Shown: positions 12,811 through 25,912, numbered from the stretch's first letter. The stretch is DNA of 45,698 nucleotides from Octopus bimaculoides (GCF_001194135.2 NC_068998.1:46557085-46602782), one strand, 5' to 3'. The notes: generated by a model from the letters alone, not told the origin. A program made the numbers and translations.

Positions 12811-13269
12811 ACTGGCAATGAATCCTAACTTTGCTGTGTACAACTCAGACACAAACTAACAAGCATAATCATGTCACACCCTGGTCTTAGTCTGGTGTTG
12901 CATAACGTCACCAGAAGTCCAGTGAATGTGTGAAGTACCTGGGTTGTAATAGCACTCTCAAGACATAACTAGGTAGGTATTGTAAATTTAAGGCATTTTA
13001 CTTATCCCTGGAATCTGGGACTAAAAACAAACTAATTCCCTAAACTCAGAATATTTCATTCAATTAATCCATTCTAACCCCAGTTAACCCTGTCGAAATT
13101 TTGAAGATAGCTATATAAATAGCGATAACAAACATGAAAGTGTCTGTCTAGTTAACCTTTATTGCAGTAAATAAACCAAGTACAACTGTCCTCAAACGAG
13201 GACAGTGGGTTAATATGGGGTTTTCTTACCATTATTTCTTATGAATAATGGTTTCAAAATGTGACATTA

Positions 13270-13465
13270 GGACAGCAATTTCGGGTGAAGGGGTAAGCCT
13301 ATTACATCGACCCCAGTGTTCAACTGATACTTCTTTTATCGACCCCAAAAGGATGAAAGGCAAAAACGACCTCACTGGAATTTGAACTTAGAACGTAAAG
13401 ACGGACGATGTACCGCTAAACATTTGGTCTGGCGTGCTAACGATTCTGCCAGCCCGTCGCCTTAG
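13270..13465 (-). mobile_element. SINE family D, single copy
   Basis: Reverse complement of the family D unit. Confidence 0.8.
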
Positions 13466-13878
13466 TTTTAATAAATAATGAATAGTTACCTTAGCATGTT
13501 CTGACTCTCACTGTTTTAATTTCAGTATCTTATTAGACAAAAGTATGTTCAGTGTATTTAAGGAGGATTAGCTTCAACAAGTCCTTCATACAATGACCTA
13601 TATCTATGATATCTTTAATTTGTCTTGGTTTGCCTTAAAGAAAATATGCTAAGCCGAGCAATAATTTTACTCTGCTTTCTCACTTGAATTGAGTTCTTTT
13701 ATATGTAACGCATAGAAATGTGTACTGAGGTATGTTTTGATAATTCCTCTGTATATATGTGTGTGTGTGTCTGTGTGTGAGAGAGATAGCGTACACGTGC
13801 GCTCATTTTCAAGTGTAAATATAAATTTATGTATATACATATTAGTAAAAATTGTACACATGTAATCACCTTGATTAT

Positions 13879-13911
<33 letters not shown>

Positions 13912-15060
13912 TCCCTTCCTTACATTGCAACAAGTCCACTAACATACTAACAAACACCTCTATTTACTTAACCAGCCACTCTCAAGAAACCGCCCCGAGT
14001 AAACTTCAACTCCATATCACTCCCTCCCTACCTCTCTTTCAATTTCTCTCTCACTCTTTAACTCGCTATCTCTCGGCATATTTCTTTCTCCTTCTCACTC
14101 CAAATGTAATAGTCGTTTTTCTGCCTGCTTTTCACTTTCTTCTTTTACACTTCCCCCCAAAAAGGACACACACACACACAGGTAAACACACTCATACATG
14201 TACAAATCCTTGGAGAGAGAGAGAAAGCGAGAAGAGACACCCCCCCCTCCATTACTCTATATTTGTCTTCCTATCTATACTTCCACCCTTCTCTCTCTGT
14301 ATCTTTATCTTTCATTTCACCCCAGCTCACACACCTCCACTCAGCATCATCAACATTATCATTAATACGAACATTATTATTAGTAGTAAAAGTAGTAGTG
14401 GTGGTGGTGGTTGTATTGCTTGTTCTAGCTAATTCTAAGCTGTTTCATGTGGCTTAAGCCATAGGAAAGAGTGTGTCAGAAGCTAAGAGATAAATAGCCA
14501 AGCTGCTTCTCGTAATCCTCTCCGGTTCTTTGCTTAAGAACGGCTGTTGATTGGGCTACGGGTGGTGGCAGCAGTGGAAGAGATTATATACGTGTGTGTG
14601 TGTGTGTAACTGCGTGCAATTGTGTATATGTGTGTGTGTGTATGTGTGTGCATATCATGTGTGATATTTGGTAGCATCATCACATTGGTGTGAAATGCTA
14701 ATAGGCGAAAGAACTCAATATTCTTCAAACAGTGGAATATGTATAAACACACACACACACACATATATATATATTTAATTAATAAATTCAATAATAGGAT
14801 AAAAATCTTTTACAAGAATTTTATCAGGAAGCTAGTGTGCAAAAATAATTCATAAGGGAAATTTCTATTCCCAAGAATATAATTATTCGTTTATATTTAT
14901 ATAAGGGCNNNNNNNNNNTTTTATCAGGAAGCTAGTGTGCAAAAATAATTCATAAGGGAAATTTCTATTCCCAAGAATATAATTATTCGTTTATATTTAT
15001 ATAAGGGCATTACTACAGAATAATGCCATATATAAATATAAACGAATATATATATACATA

Positions 15061-15094
<34 letters not shown>

Positions 15095-15350
15095 ATGCAT
15101 ATGTATGTGTGAATATATGTGTATGCATGCAAATATAGGTATCACACACTAGAGAGAGAGAGAGAGAAAGCCAGAGAAAAAGAAATGTGTAGAGATAACG
15201 CATGACAGAAAAAAGAGATGCACGCGAGAGAGAAAGAGAGAGAGAGAGAGGTGAGGGTCTTTGATGCATGTAGTAGAAGTGTTATAGCGTTGGCATATAA
15301 TACTTGACGGGTTCCCCACCCAAATCGAGAGGGTGGGCTTGAACTGAGGT

Positions 15351-15405
<55 letters not shown>

Positions 15406-15611
15406 NNNNNNNNNNNNNNNNNNNNNNNNNNNNNNNNNNNNNNNNNNNNNNNNNNNNNNNNNNNNNNNNNNNNNNNNNNNNNNNNNNNNNNNNNNNNNNN
15501 NNNNNNNNNNNNNNNNNNNNNNNNNNNNNNNNNNNNNNNNNNNNNNNNNNNNNNNNNNNNNNNNNNNNNNNNNNNNNNNNNNNNNNNNNNNNNNNNNNNN
15601 NNNNNNNNNNN

Positions 15612-15651
<40 letters not shown>

Positions 15652-16079
15652 TAAATATATATATATATATTTATATATATATATATATACACACATCATA
15701 CATACCTACATACATTCATATATACGTAAGCATATATTTCTATGTATATATATATCTGAATGTTTTATTCAACCATACATTGATATGAAAAATATGGCGT
15801 CGAAATATCCCACGAACAAATAATAATATTATTATATCTATTACTGTTGCTGGTGTTTAACAACATTGAAAATCCATGCTTTAATTCTCTCGTGAATAAA
15901 TATATATATAAAAAAATATCAACATTGTAATGTGCTATCATTGTTACCCCTATGGCAAATAAAGAAACCCCTCGCATCATCGACCCCTCCTCATCGTATA
16001 TCACCCCTATGGTATAATACAAAAAGAATCAATTGTCATCATTGTTATTTCTTGTCTGTTAAGTGCGATAATTAATTAT

Positions 16080-17023
16080 ATCTAACCTTCGTCTTCATAC
16101 TTCTAGCCTTTGCGGAAGCTTCGATAAGCAGAAGTAGAAGCTAGAAATAGAAGCTAGATCTCCTTCGAAACACAGACGCCCTGCCCCATCGTAAGTCAGG
16201 AAAGTGGACACAATTAGGTAATGTAGTCCCTACTCTGGGGGCTTACCTAAAGTTTTCCTTCCAACAGTGCTCTTTATATATATATATATATAAGGTGTGT
16301 GTATAATGTAAGTAGGTATAAGCAAGATGGTTAAAGCGCTGCCCACCTTTTCTTCCGAACCGGCCATTTCCATCGACCTTAGTGTAATAAACAAGAGACG
16401 TGAAAGGGATGAAGAAGAAAGGAAGGAAGGAAGAAACTGCGGTGGAAAGCAGATGCGTGCGCGCGCACTTACGTACACATGTACATACACGCACATGCAC
16501 TTACGCACGCACACATATACGCAGTCTCGCACACGCACGCTCGCATATACACATATACAGAAGTACAGCCATATACACGTTTATTGAAATAGACATGCAC
16601 ACAGAAATGTACATACACACATCTATGTAGCTATATGTGTTTGTGGGTTAGCCTGTGTGTGTGTGTGTGTGTCAGTATGTGAATGAGATAAGAGCAGCAA
16701 AAGCACAGCTAATACTATTACTACAACGAGCACTTCTACTACCACCACCACTGTGACTACTACTATCACCACCTCCCTTACTATCACTATGACCACCGCA
16801 ACCCCCTTCCCGCTAACCGACAACAGTCTGTACTGAAAAAGTGAGAGATCAGAAAACAGTGCGTAAAGCTGTGCCCGATCTCGGGACGTTAGGAGATAAT
16901 AGTTCGGTAGACACAAATATGAAGGGTTTAAATAGATGAAGGGGTAATTTAAAGAAACGAAACCCCATTTGGCTTGCGAAAAAAAGGTAGGGGTCTCCGA
17001 ACCCCGTTACTAAAAGCAAAAAA
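16080..17023 (+). promoter_or_regulatory. Putative promoter / 5' UTR region of the NHS-like gene
   Basis: Lies directly upstream of the first coding ATG; visibly more CpG than flanking repeat DNA; Inr-like GTCAGT at 16671-16676. TSS not determinable from sequence. Confidence 0.35.
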
Positions 17024-17324
17024 ATGCCGCTTTCTCTACGGACGGTAGAGCCAGTCCGGTTAGGTAAGGGTTTTAGGTGTGGGTCAGCGGATGACGTTAG
17101 TGACCCTACAGTTTCAACCCTTATCGTATCCCAGTCTATGGCCAACAGTATTTTGTCCAGAGCTTTGCTTCAACTGACCAGTTTGGTCAAACATGCTGAT
17201 GGCATTTTTACCAGTCTCTCTGACGAATGCCAGAAGGTCTATGATCGGACTAATCGAATTAACGAACGGATTTTTACCTTAACGCAATGTGTGGAAAATT
17301 TAAACCCTAAAAAGGAACCAATTC
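17024..17324 (+). CDS. NHS-like: First coding exon of a WAVE-homology-domain (WHD) protein, NHS/NHSL/GUK-holder family most likely; partial gene, remaining exons not seen in window
   Basis: ATG at 17024 in an AAAATG context. Translation MPLSLRTVEPVRLGKG...NSILSRALLQLTSLVKHADGIFTSLSDECQKVYDRTNRINERIFTLTQCVENLNPKKEPI follows the WHD pattern (MP..R.VEP; N..L...L.QL.SL..HA..IF..L..E; R...L..LDPK.E.V). The end NLNPKKEPI-c is closer to NHS TLDPKQEAVP and GUK-holder FDPKQVTVP than to WAVE QLDSTVEEV. A canonical donor (c|GTAAGT at 17325) gives a phase-1 intron at the position I recall for NHS exon 1. Family call is from memory of the sequences, not a search. Confidence 0.85.
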
Positions 17325-18476
17325 GTAAGTGAAACTTTCACATTCAACCCCCCCCCCACCAATCCCTACAACAACATCCATTATTTTATTTTAATTATCA
17401 TTTTTTTATTTGTTTGAATAATATTTTAATTTTTTCTCTTATTCTTTTTATGGACCTTAGCATCAATCTTTAAAAAAACCACGTCGAATTTGTTTTACCT
17501 TATATATGTTATATACTGTGGGGTTTTTTTTTGTTATTATTTAAATGGTACTAATGTATTTTTTGTAAATTTTTTCATTGATTTTAATGTATAATAAACT
17601 GCAGTTCTTTGTTATGAGAATCGTAAATAACAACTAAGCTATTTTGTGTTAGAGGTGTTTATTTAATTATTTTGTTTGTAATAAACAAAATAACTACGCC
17701 ATATAATTATAAATTACACACACACACACACACATACCAGTAATATGCTGCCAGATCTATAAAGTACAACTGTTTTTCTTCTCCAAAATATCTGACCTTC
17801 ATTCCCAAGTTAGAAATCACCAAACATTATTATTATTATCATTATGGAGGCCTCTTCATGTTCACCTCTGAAGGTAACAGGAATGTACCTTCTTTTATAA
17901 ACTCCCGAGAATTTCACGAAAGTTTTTTTTCTCCACCGCTTTCGTGTCGTAATTGCTTGTTCCCTAACAACTAACTGAGCCCTGATCGGTGAGGTAGAGG
18001 TTGATCTGGCGTGGACCACCCCATACTTTTTAGGGGTGTGTCTAAGACTAAATGTACAATGATAGCATGTTTGTGTTATTCTAGGGTGGTTTAACTGCTA
18101 TTTCTGCCAGGTCTACTTAGCAGATAGTTGTTTATACCTGTAGTTTTTGTGTTAAGTTTTCGATGTTATAACTTCAAATTTCTTAAGTTTAATTCTCATT
18201 AACTGCACTGAGATATCGAGTCGTCCTTAGCGACGTGGACGTGCGATCGATTCCTTTAGCACTCTAACTTTTCATTCACTTTCGCGTTGCCTCTTTCTAT
18301 GTTTTCGTCTCTCCATTTTCTCGTCCATGTAATTTGACGCTTAATTAGTTTTTCTAATTAACTATGTTGAGTCGGGTTATTGGCAAAGTAGGTGTGAGTT
18401 CCATCTCTACCTTCAACTCTTGTTAATTTTTGTTGACTGAAAACAGTTAAGTGATTTGTAGGTCTGCATTTTTCTT

Positions 18477-18518
<42 letters not shown>

Positions 18519-18862
18519 ACACACATCCATTCACAAATACACGCGCGCGCGAAGCTAAATAAATAAATAAATACGATATAACCTTTTACACGGTTGCTTG
18601 ACAGTGTAGTGTTAGACTATTTGAATAAAAGACGGATGGTCACAGCTGGAACGCTTTTAATCATAGATCGGCTCAGTTTTGCCATGACCTGGAGCCAAAC
18701 AACAACAACGCACATGAAATCCTTAATTATGACTTCAATTAACAGATGTAATGATCTACAATACAAATAAACACATACAATTTAATTTTGGACGCTGTAT
18801 ACCTTTGTGGCGTAAACAAGGTGTATACTATCACAAACCCGAATGATATTAAAAGATATCGG

Positions 18863-18864
<2 letters not shown>

Positions 18865-18932
<68 letters not shown>
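18865..18932. repeat. (TA)n microsatellite
   Basis: Seen directly. Confidence 0.95.
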
Positions 18933-18935
<3 letters not shown>

Positions 18936-19959
18936 GTATGTATTTAACAGATAAATATATTTTTGCGGATCTCACATATATTATTATTTATGAGGCTATG
19001 AAAATATATTCATGGATGTTATTTTGGTTGAAATTGAAAAAAACAAAATTAAAAATAAAATATCGGTAATTTCAGAGACGAAAATTTGAAATCGTTTGGA
19101 ATTAATTATTGATCAATAATCATTAATTAATCATTACTTTATCATTAACAAATGTTCTTGTTGATATAGGGGTGATGCCTCACACTTGCAGAAATTAGGT
19201 AATCTCGACGTAGTCGCTTCGATCTGTCAGAAATAGTAGCCAAATGTCCTTAAAAGCACGCCCTGTTCTTTTAACAAAGAACAAGCTGGATTAGTTATAG
19301 TGTCTTGCATATAAGAAGAGGGTGATGGTCACCACTGGAATACCGTTTATCAAAAGTTCTGTCCTATCAGGGTTGACCTGGGGCTACACAAGAAAATCCC
19401 CACCTCTTTTTTTTTTTACAAACCCTCTCTCTCCCTGACTTCCCCAAATTGCGGTAGAATTTCCAAGACACGAAATTGAGAATTGGTAGGTGTAAAGTAG
19501 CTCATGCCGTTTGCTCGAGTGTGTTGTTGGACCACTGGGTAACCCAAAGACACCATCTTCGGCTATACATCAATGCTATTATGACTTAATAATCACATAA
19601 TGATGGTCACATGTAAGCAATAATATTGATTTCTAACAGAAAAAGGTTCTTTCAGTCATTCTAAAAAGCCACGTAAACAGAAAAAAACCCTTTAATTACT
19701 TCTAACAAGATGTCGTCTAACGAACGAGTCCCTTGGTATTATTCTATCAACATGCTAGAGATCGTTTTGGGTGCGTTTAGGTGTTTACTCTCTTAGGTTT
19801 AGTGTGAGAAAGTTGAGGCTTAACTCTCTTATATGGTGTTTGCTTCCTCCCCTATCGCCTTCTCTCTTTCTCTGAGAAAAAGTCTGTTAGATTATGACTC
19901 ATCACCCAAATCTTGGTCACACCGTCTTGACGTTTAGCGCTCGTTTCGTGGATATTATA

Positions 19960-19996
<37 letters not shown>

Positions 19997-20418
19997 NNNN
20001 NNNNNNNNNNNNNNNNNNNNNNNNNNNNNNNNNNNNNNNNNNNNNNNNNNNNNNNNNNNNNNNNNNNNNNNNNNNNNNNNNNNNNNNNNNNNNNNNNNNN
20101 NNNNNNNNNNNNNNNNNNNNNNNNNNNNNNNNNNNNNNNNNNNNNNNNNNNNNNNNNNNNNNNNNNNNNNNNNNNNNNNNNNNNNNNNNNNNNNNNNNNN
20201 NNNNNNNNNNNNNNNNNNNNNNNNNNNNNNNNNNNNNNNNNNNNNNNNNNNNNNNNNNNNNNNNNNNNNNNNNNNNNNNNNNNNNNNNNNNNNNNNNNNN
20301 NNNNNNNNNNNNNNNNNNNNNNNNNNNNNNNNNNNNNNNNNNNNNNNNNNNNNNNNNNNNNNNNNNNNNNNNNNNNNNNNNNNNNNNNNNNNNNNNNNNN
20401 NNNNNNNNNNNNNNNNNN

Positions 20419-20451
<33 letters not shown>

Positions 20452-20454
20452 CCT

Positions 20455-20625
20455 CATCATTTAACGTCCGTTTTCCATGCTGGCAGGGGTTGAACGGTTT
20501 GACAGCATCCATACCAGGTTCTATTATCTGTTTTGGCTTGGTTTATACAGCTGAATACCCTTCCTAACGCCAACCACTTTACAGGAGTGTACTGGGTGCC
20601 TTTTACATGGCACCAGCATCATGTG
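20455..20625 (-). mobile_element. Retroposon family C with RTE-like 3' tail; other copies at ~6175-6300, 9715-9960, 21795-22130
   Basis: Shared CATCATTTAACGTCCGTTTTCCATGCTGGC...GCTG(G)AT(G/A)CCCTTCCTAA(C/T)GCCAACCAC motif. Confidence 0.65.
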
Positions 20626-20696
20626 GCACCATTGTGTGTGCATGTATATATGTATTCATTACATGATATGACTTTTACAAATATATGACTGTCAGA

Positions 20697-20827
<131 letters not shown>

Positions 20828-21158
20828 TATAAATATTGCTCCAATCCTGATTTCCTTCACATTTATTGGACCCTCATGGTTTACACAAAATTGATTTAAC
20901 AAAAATTAAATAACTACAAAATATTTATTCAATTTCAAATTCTATTTGAATATTTGAAGCAGATTCGAGCTCTCTTGTGAAGTCTTATATCTATATATAT
21001 ATTTTTTTTACATTGCAAATTAAATGTCTTTGGAACTTTCAATGTCCTGTTGCTGCTATACATTATTGGTTCAGTGCCACTATATATATAAACAATATCA
21101 AATGTGGTCATTCACTGTGGATGATGATCTCATGTGATAAAAGATTCTTTTGAATAAT

Positions 21159-21530
21159 TGACTATCAGAAATACATTGTGCCTAGAGATAGAATATATGT
21201 ATATTTATTTCAGTTCTGCCTTGATTATATTCTCTGACAATAATGCTTTGGATCTGTACAGTTAATATTGTGTTTTAAATATAAAATACTTGAATCTATA
21301 AAACATTTGACTGTCAGAAACACATTATGTCTGGAGATAGAATATATGTATATTTATTTCAATATCTGGCTTGATTATATGATGTGTCAATAATGCTTTG
21401 GATCTGGACAGTTAATATAGCGCTTTAATATACATCATTTTATAAAACATTGATCTTGAGATAGGATATATGTATATTTATTTCAAAAGCTGGTTTGATT
21501 TTATTCTGAAGCCTTTATATCTGTACATTT
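21159..21530. repeat. 149-bp tandem repeat, about 2.5 diverged copies
   Basis: TGACT(A/G)TCAGAAA at 21159 and 21308; third partial copy from ~21455. Confidence 0.85.
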
Positions 21531-24104
21531 AGTAATGTTTTTTTTTTTCATAAACATAAAATATAATTCTATAAAACATATATTGGACAAGCAATTTATA
21601 TTGTTTGATCCAATATAACAGTAATTTCAGTGAATTATTTCTTTATAGATGTCGTAAATAAGTAATAAAAGACAAAATAAACAAAAAAAAAAACGTGATG
21701 CATCATGCATGGCAAGAAATTTTGTCTTGCAGTTTTACCGAATTCCTTCTAATGTGTTGTAACGTGGAAGAACAAAATGACACAAAACGAACATGGACAG
21801 TATAGTTTGTGCATCTAGTGTGGCACTTGCATCAGTCCATGTTTCATGTTGGCATGGGCTGACAGGATCCGGTGGGCTCCAATATCTGCTTTGGTATGGT
21901 TTCTACAGCTTGGTGCCTTTCCTAATGCCAACCACTTTTCAGCATATATTAGGTACATTTTTCGTGTCATTAGCACGATAAAGGTTGCCATGTTGCTTTC
22001 AGGACTATGGACTCCGAGAAAAGGAGTTGGTTTTATGCTGAGGAATTAGGGGTTAAAGTATGAAAGGAGGGATGGGGGGAGAGCAATTTCATGTAGAAGA
22101 GCTGAATGGTTACTCTCATTTAATAGAGAAGGGACAGAGTGATCAATAGGAGCTGAGAAGAGATTGATAGTAGAGATGAAGTGTCCAGGTGGCCCTCCTC
22201 AAGGGACACAAAATGAGTAGATGTTGGTGTTTGATTTAGAACATTGGACAGCAGAGTTGTTTGAGTGTTGGAATACATGTTTCACAATATTTATTCCAAT
22301 TCTGCTCTCTGAGTTCAGATCCTGCCATGGTCAACTTTATCTCTCGTCCTTTTGGGGTTGATAAAAAGGCATCAATCTGGGGTGGTGGACTGGCAGAACA
22401 GTAAGGATGTCAGATGGGATACCTTGTGATAGTTAATACAGTTCTATATTTAAGAGATGAGGAATTATGTACATTATTTACATTTGACAGATATTTATCC
22501 TCATCTTGTTTGTTGTTTACAAGTTTCGGCTGATATACCCTCCAGCCTTCCGTCAAATGTAAATAATGTACTTGTGATAGTTGTCCTCTACCTTTTTCTG
22601 TTTGAGTTCAAGTTCGTCCATGGCCTACTGCAGTGGTAGAGTTTAACCCTTTTGATACCAACCTGCTTGAGACTGCCCCCTGATTCTGTTACAAAGTACA
22701 CAAGTTAAATTAAAAACTTATTAAAATTTCAAATTAATTTATATTTCAAATATTATTTAATAATTCCTAACAATTTTACCAGCTTTCTGCCCTACAATAT
22801 CATTCTGAAAAATAAACAGTTGCATCATCAACTTCTCAGATCTCTAAGATAATGCTTGGTTAATTCGGAACAATGGAATAAATAAGTATAACATTTGACA
22901 GAATAATCTTAATTATAACTGGTTGGGTTAATCATGCATAACTTTGTGTCTTCACGATTTTGATGATGTGATGTTTATTTTTAGAATGATCTCATAGGGT
23001 AGATGCAAGCATCTGGATCTTGCTAGCTTGAACATAAAACAGGTTGGAATATTTGAGGTAGATATGATCAGTTTTAATGCTAAAAGGTTAAAAATCTATT
23101 TTATGCAATTACATATTTTATACTTAAAAAATCATTTGAAACGTTTTTTCTTTTATAAAATTAAACGAAGTTCATGTTTGGATTGAAAACAAATTGGACA
23201 GAGACCCTTATAGGAATCGTGTCTCATGTCTGCTGTGAGTATTGTGGTCATTCTGTGATCACATAGTTTCATTCGCATAGGGTCTTCTCACTAAAGATTA
23301 CTTTTATCTGATATCACATGACTCAGTGGTTAGAGCATTGGGCTCACAATCATGAGATAGTGAATTTGATTCCAGGACCAGGCTGTGTGTGTTGTGTTCT
23401 TGAGCAAGACACTTTGTTCCATGTTTGTCTTCTGTAAACAATCTTGCCCAGACTTGTACCTTGGAGGGGAATTTTCTAGGGGCAATTCCATGGTCATTCA
23501 TAACTGAAGGGGGTCTTTACCCTTTACCCTGTATGCCATTGGTTATAAATTCATTTACTCTTAAACAACTTAAGAAAGATAAAAAAGGCAAAACAAAAAC
23601 TTTATTTCATTTTGGGATCCTTAAAATAAAATAAACCAAGGACAAACTGTGAATAATGATTAAAGAATTTCTATCCTAAACTCTAAAAGAATTTTTCTAG
23701 TGGAATCCCAGAATTACTGCTTGGAAATTTGAAATTCCTTTCCTGTTAAGGGATAGGAGAAAATTTCCCCAGGTTCATTAAGAATTATGGCCCTAGATAC
23801 AGTGTGATTGAGGTGCATGTGTAGATAAGTGGGTGGATGAGTGGGGTTAAACCTGATGGTTGCAGTTCAAGAATGTCTTTAATCATAGGTCAAAGTTGAT
23901 GTGGGTTGACATGGGAACTAAACAAAAAGGTTCAACTCAAAACTTCCATTTAGGTTTGTGAAAGTAGGAATATAAAATAATCTTTTGTTGCAGTAAAACC
24001 ATATGCACTTCCATACTTAACAGGGTGCATGTGTGTGTGTGTGTGTGTGTGCATGTGTGTCTGCATATGTGTATATATGTGTATATATATATGTACGTGT
24101 ATGT

Positions 24105-24330
24105 ATTTCAAAATGTAACTACAAGTGGATCATTGGCAATTTTCCCCTCCGTCTTCCTTTTCTCTTGGACTTTCCTCTGTCTCCTGTTTCTGATGAAGAG
24201 CTTTGCTCGAAACATAAAGCACCCTTTCTTTACTTCCTTGAGTATCTTATTAATACTTTGCATGTACCACATCCTCACATTGTTGTTTTTTTCTTGTGTT
24301 TTATCTTTGTTTTTTTTTCGGATTAATTAT
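24105..24330 (+). mobile_element. Probable Penelope-like element terminal-repeat remnant
   Basis: Pyrimidine-rich segment between microsatellites containing the CTGATGAAG...CGAAAC hammerhead signature typical of PLE termini; boundaries approximate. Confidence 0.45.
24186..24220 (+). ncRNA. Minimal hammerhead ribozyme motif, probably inactivated (Penelope-like-element type)
   Basis: GUUU-CUGAUGA-A-GAGC-uuu-GCUC-GAAA-C-A-U-A-AAGC: intact cores, 4-bp stem II, 4-bp stem I (GUUU/AAGC). The expected palindromic ACGU reads ACAU, consistent with CpG decay. Confidence 0.55.
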
Positions 24331-25249
24331 AGATGTGTGTGTTTACATATGTATATGTATATTTGTATGTGTATGTGTGTGTGTGTGTAAGTCTGCGTGT
24401 GTATATATATCTATATATATATTTGCGTGTGCGTATATTTATATATGTGTGTGTGTGTTTGTAAATACATATGTGTGTGTGTGTGTGTACTTTGAAGGAA
24501 GTCCATGTTGTTCCCAGCATATTTTGAAAGACTATGAATGAAACATCAGAAATACTTGTTCTACTTTTAATGCAAAAGCCTGCTGAAAATTAGTTTCATT
24601 TTATGAAAAGCACATTCTATCGCTTGTACATAGGACTTCCCTCCTTTCAATTTCCATTAATATTAAAAAGTTGACTCAACCTCAACTTAAACACCGCTCC
24701 ACCCACATTATATCTCACCTAATTACCAGGAAATCATTACTGCTTTCACTTTTTGCCAGCCTGTTCTGCTTGAATCTCCGGTATTGGCAAGTTAGTCCTC
24801 TCTTCATTTAAATCTCTCTAATTATTCGTCTAATTATTAATGTCCACGCTGAAAGACATGAATGAAACACAATTTTCATTTCGCTTCCTCTATAAAATGT
24901 GTAGCCATAGCCATGACCAAGTAAAAACATGATTTTTCCTTTTTTCTTTTTATTGTAATAATGGTGTTTCTCAGCGCGATACAAAGCCAGGCCAGAAATG
25001 TCATGGGTGGCGAGGGAGGTTGGTTATAGAAGCGAAGCTTTAGAAACTTGTGCTTACTACTGTAGCATGAAGTACGCCTGTATGATATAGTTCTGGGTTA
25101 GGAGTGCTCTAGTAGACCTAGGGATATGTCCATGCTTATCACCATCATTCAGCTGTGCAACTTTCCCCCCGGTACATTGTAATTCATCTACACCCAGTAT
25201 CCTGATTGAGTGAGGAGATACGGATGTGAAGCCTTGTGGTCCTTAGTAG

Positions 25250-25912
25250 AAATGCTTAGCAGTATTTCATGTGTCTTTACATTCTGAGTTCAAATTCTGC
25301 CGAGGTCAATTTTGCCTTTCATCCTTTCAGGGTCAGTAAATTAAGTACCAGTTGCGTACTTGGGTCGATCTAATCGACTGGCCCCCCTCTCCCAAAATTT
25401 CAGGCCTTGTGCCTATGGCAGAAAGGATTATTATTATTATTATTATTATTATCATCATTATTAAGGCAGCGAGCAGGCAGAAACATTAGCATGCCAGGTA
25501 AAATACTTAGCAGTATTTCATCTGTCTTCATGTTCTGAGTTCAAATTCTGCCAAGGTCAACTTTACCTTTCATCCCTTCAGGGTCGGTAAATTAAGTACC
25601 AGTTGCGTACTGGGGTCGATCTAATTAACTGACCCCTTCCCCCAAAATTTCAGGCCTTGTGCCTTTAGTAGAAAGGATTATTATTATTAAGTTGGTGAGC
25701 TGGCAGAATGATTACTGTGCTTGAAAAAATGTTTAGTGTTATTTCTATTGACTTAATGTTCCAAGTTCAAATGCCACCAAGGTTGACTTTGCCTTTCGTC
25801 CTTTTAGAATTCAATAAAATAAGGACCCGTTGAGCACTGGGGTTGATGAATTTGACATGACCTCTTCCCCAAAATTTCAGGCCTTGTGCTGTTCATAGAA
25901 AGGTTTATTATC

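Noticed and set aside
13084-13213. TTAACCC...GGGTTAA possible tiny piggyBac-like MITE
   Set aside because: Only ~7 bp of terminal match beyond TTAA, with an indel, and no second copy in the window.
23312-23390. tRNA-like sequence with A and B boxes
   Set aside because: It is the tRNA-derived head of SINE family B and continues into the SINE body; no full cloverleaf.
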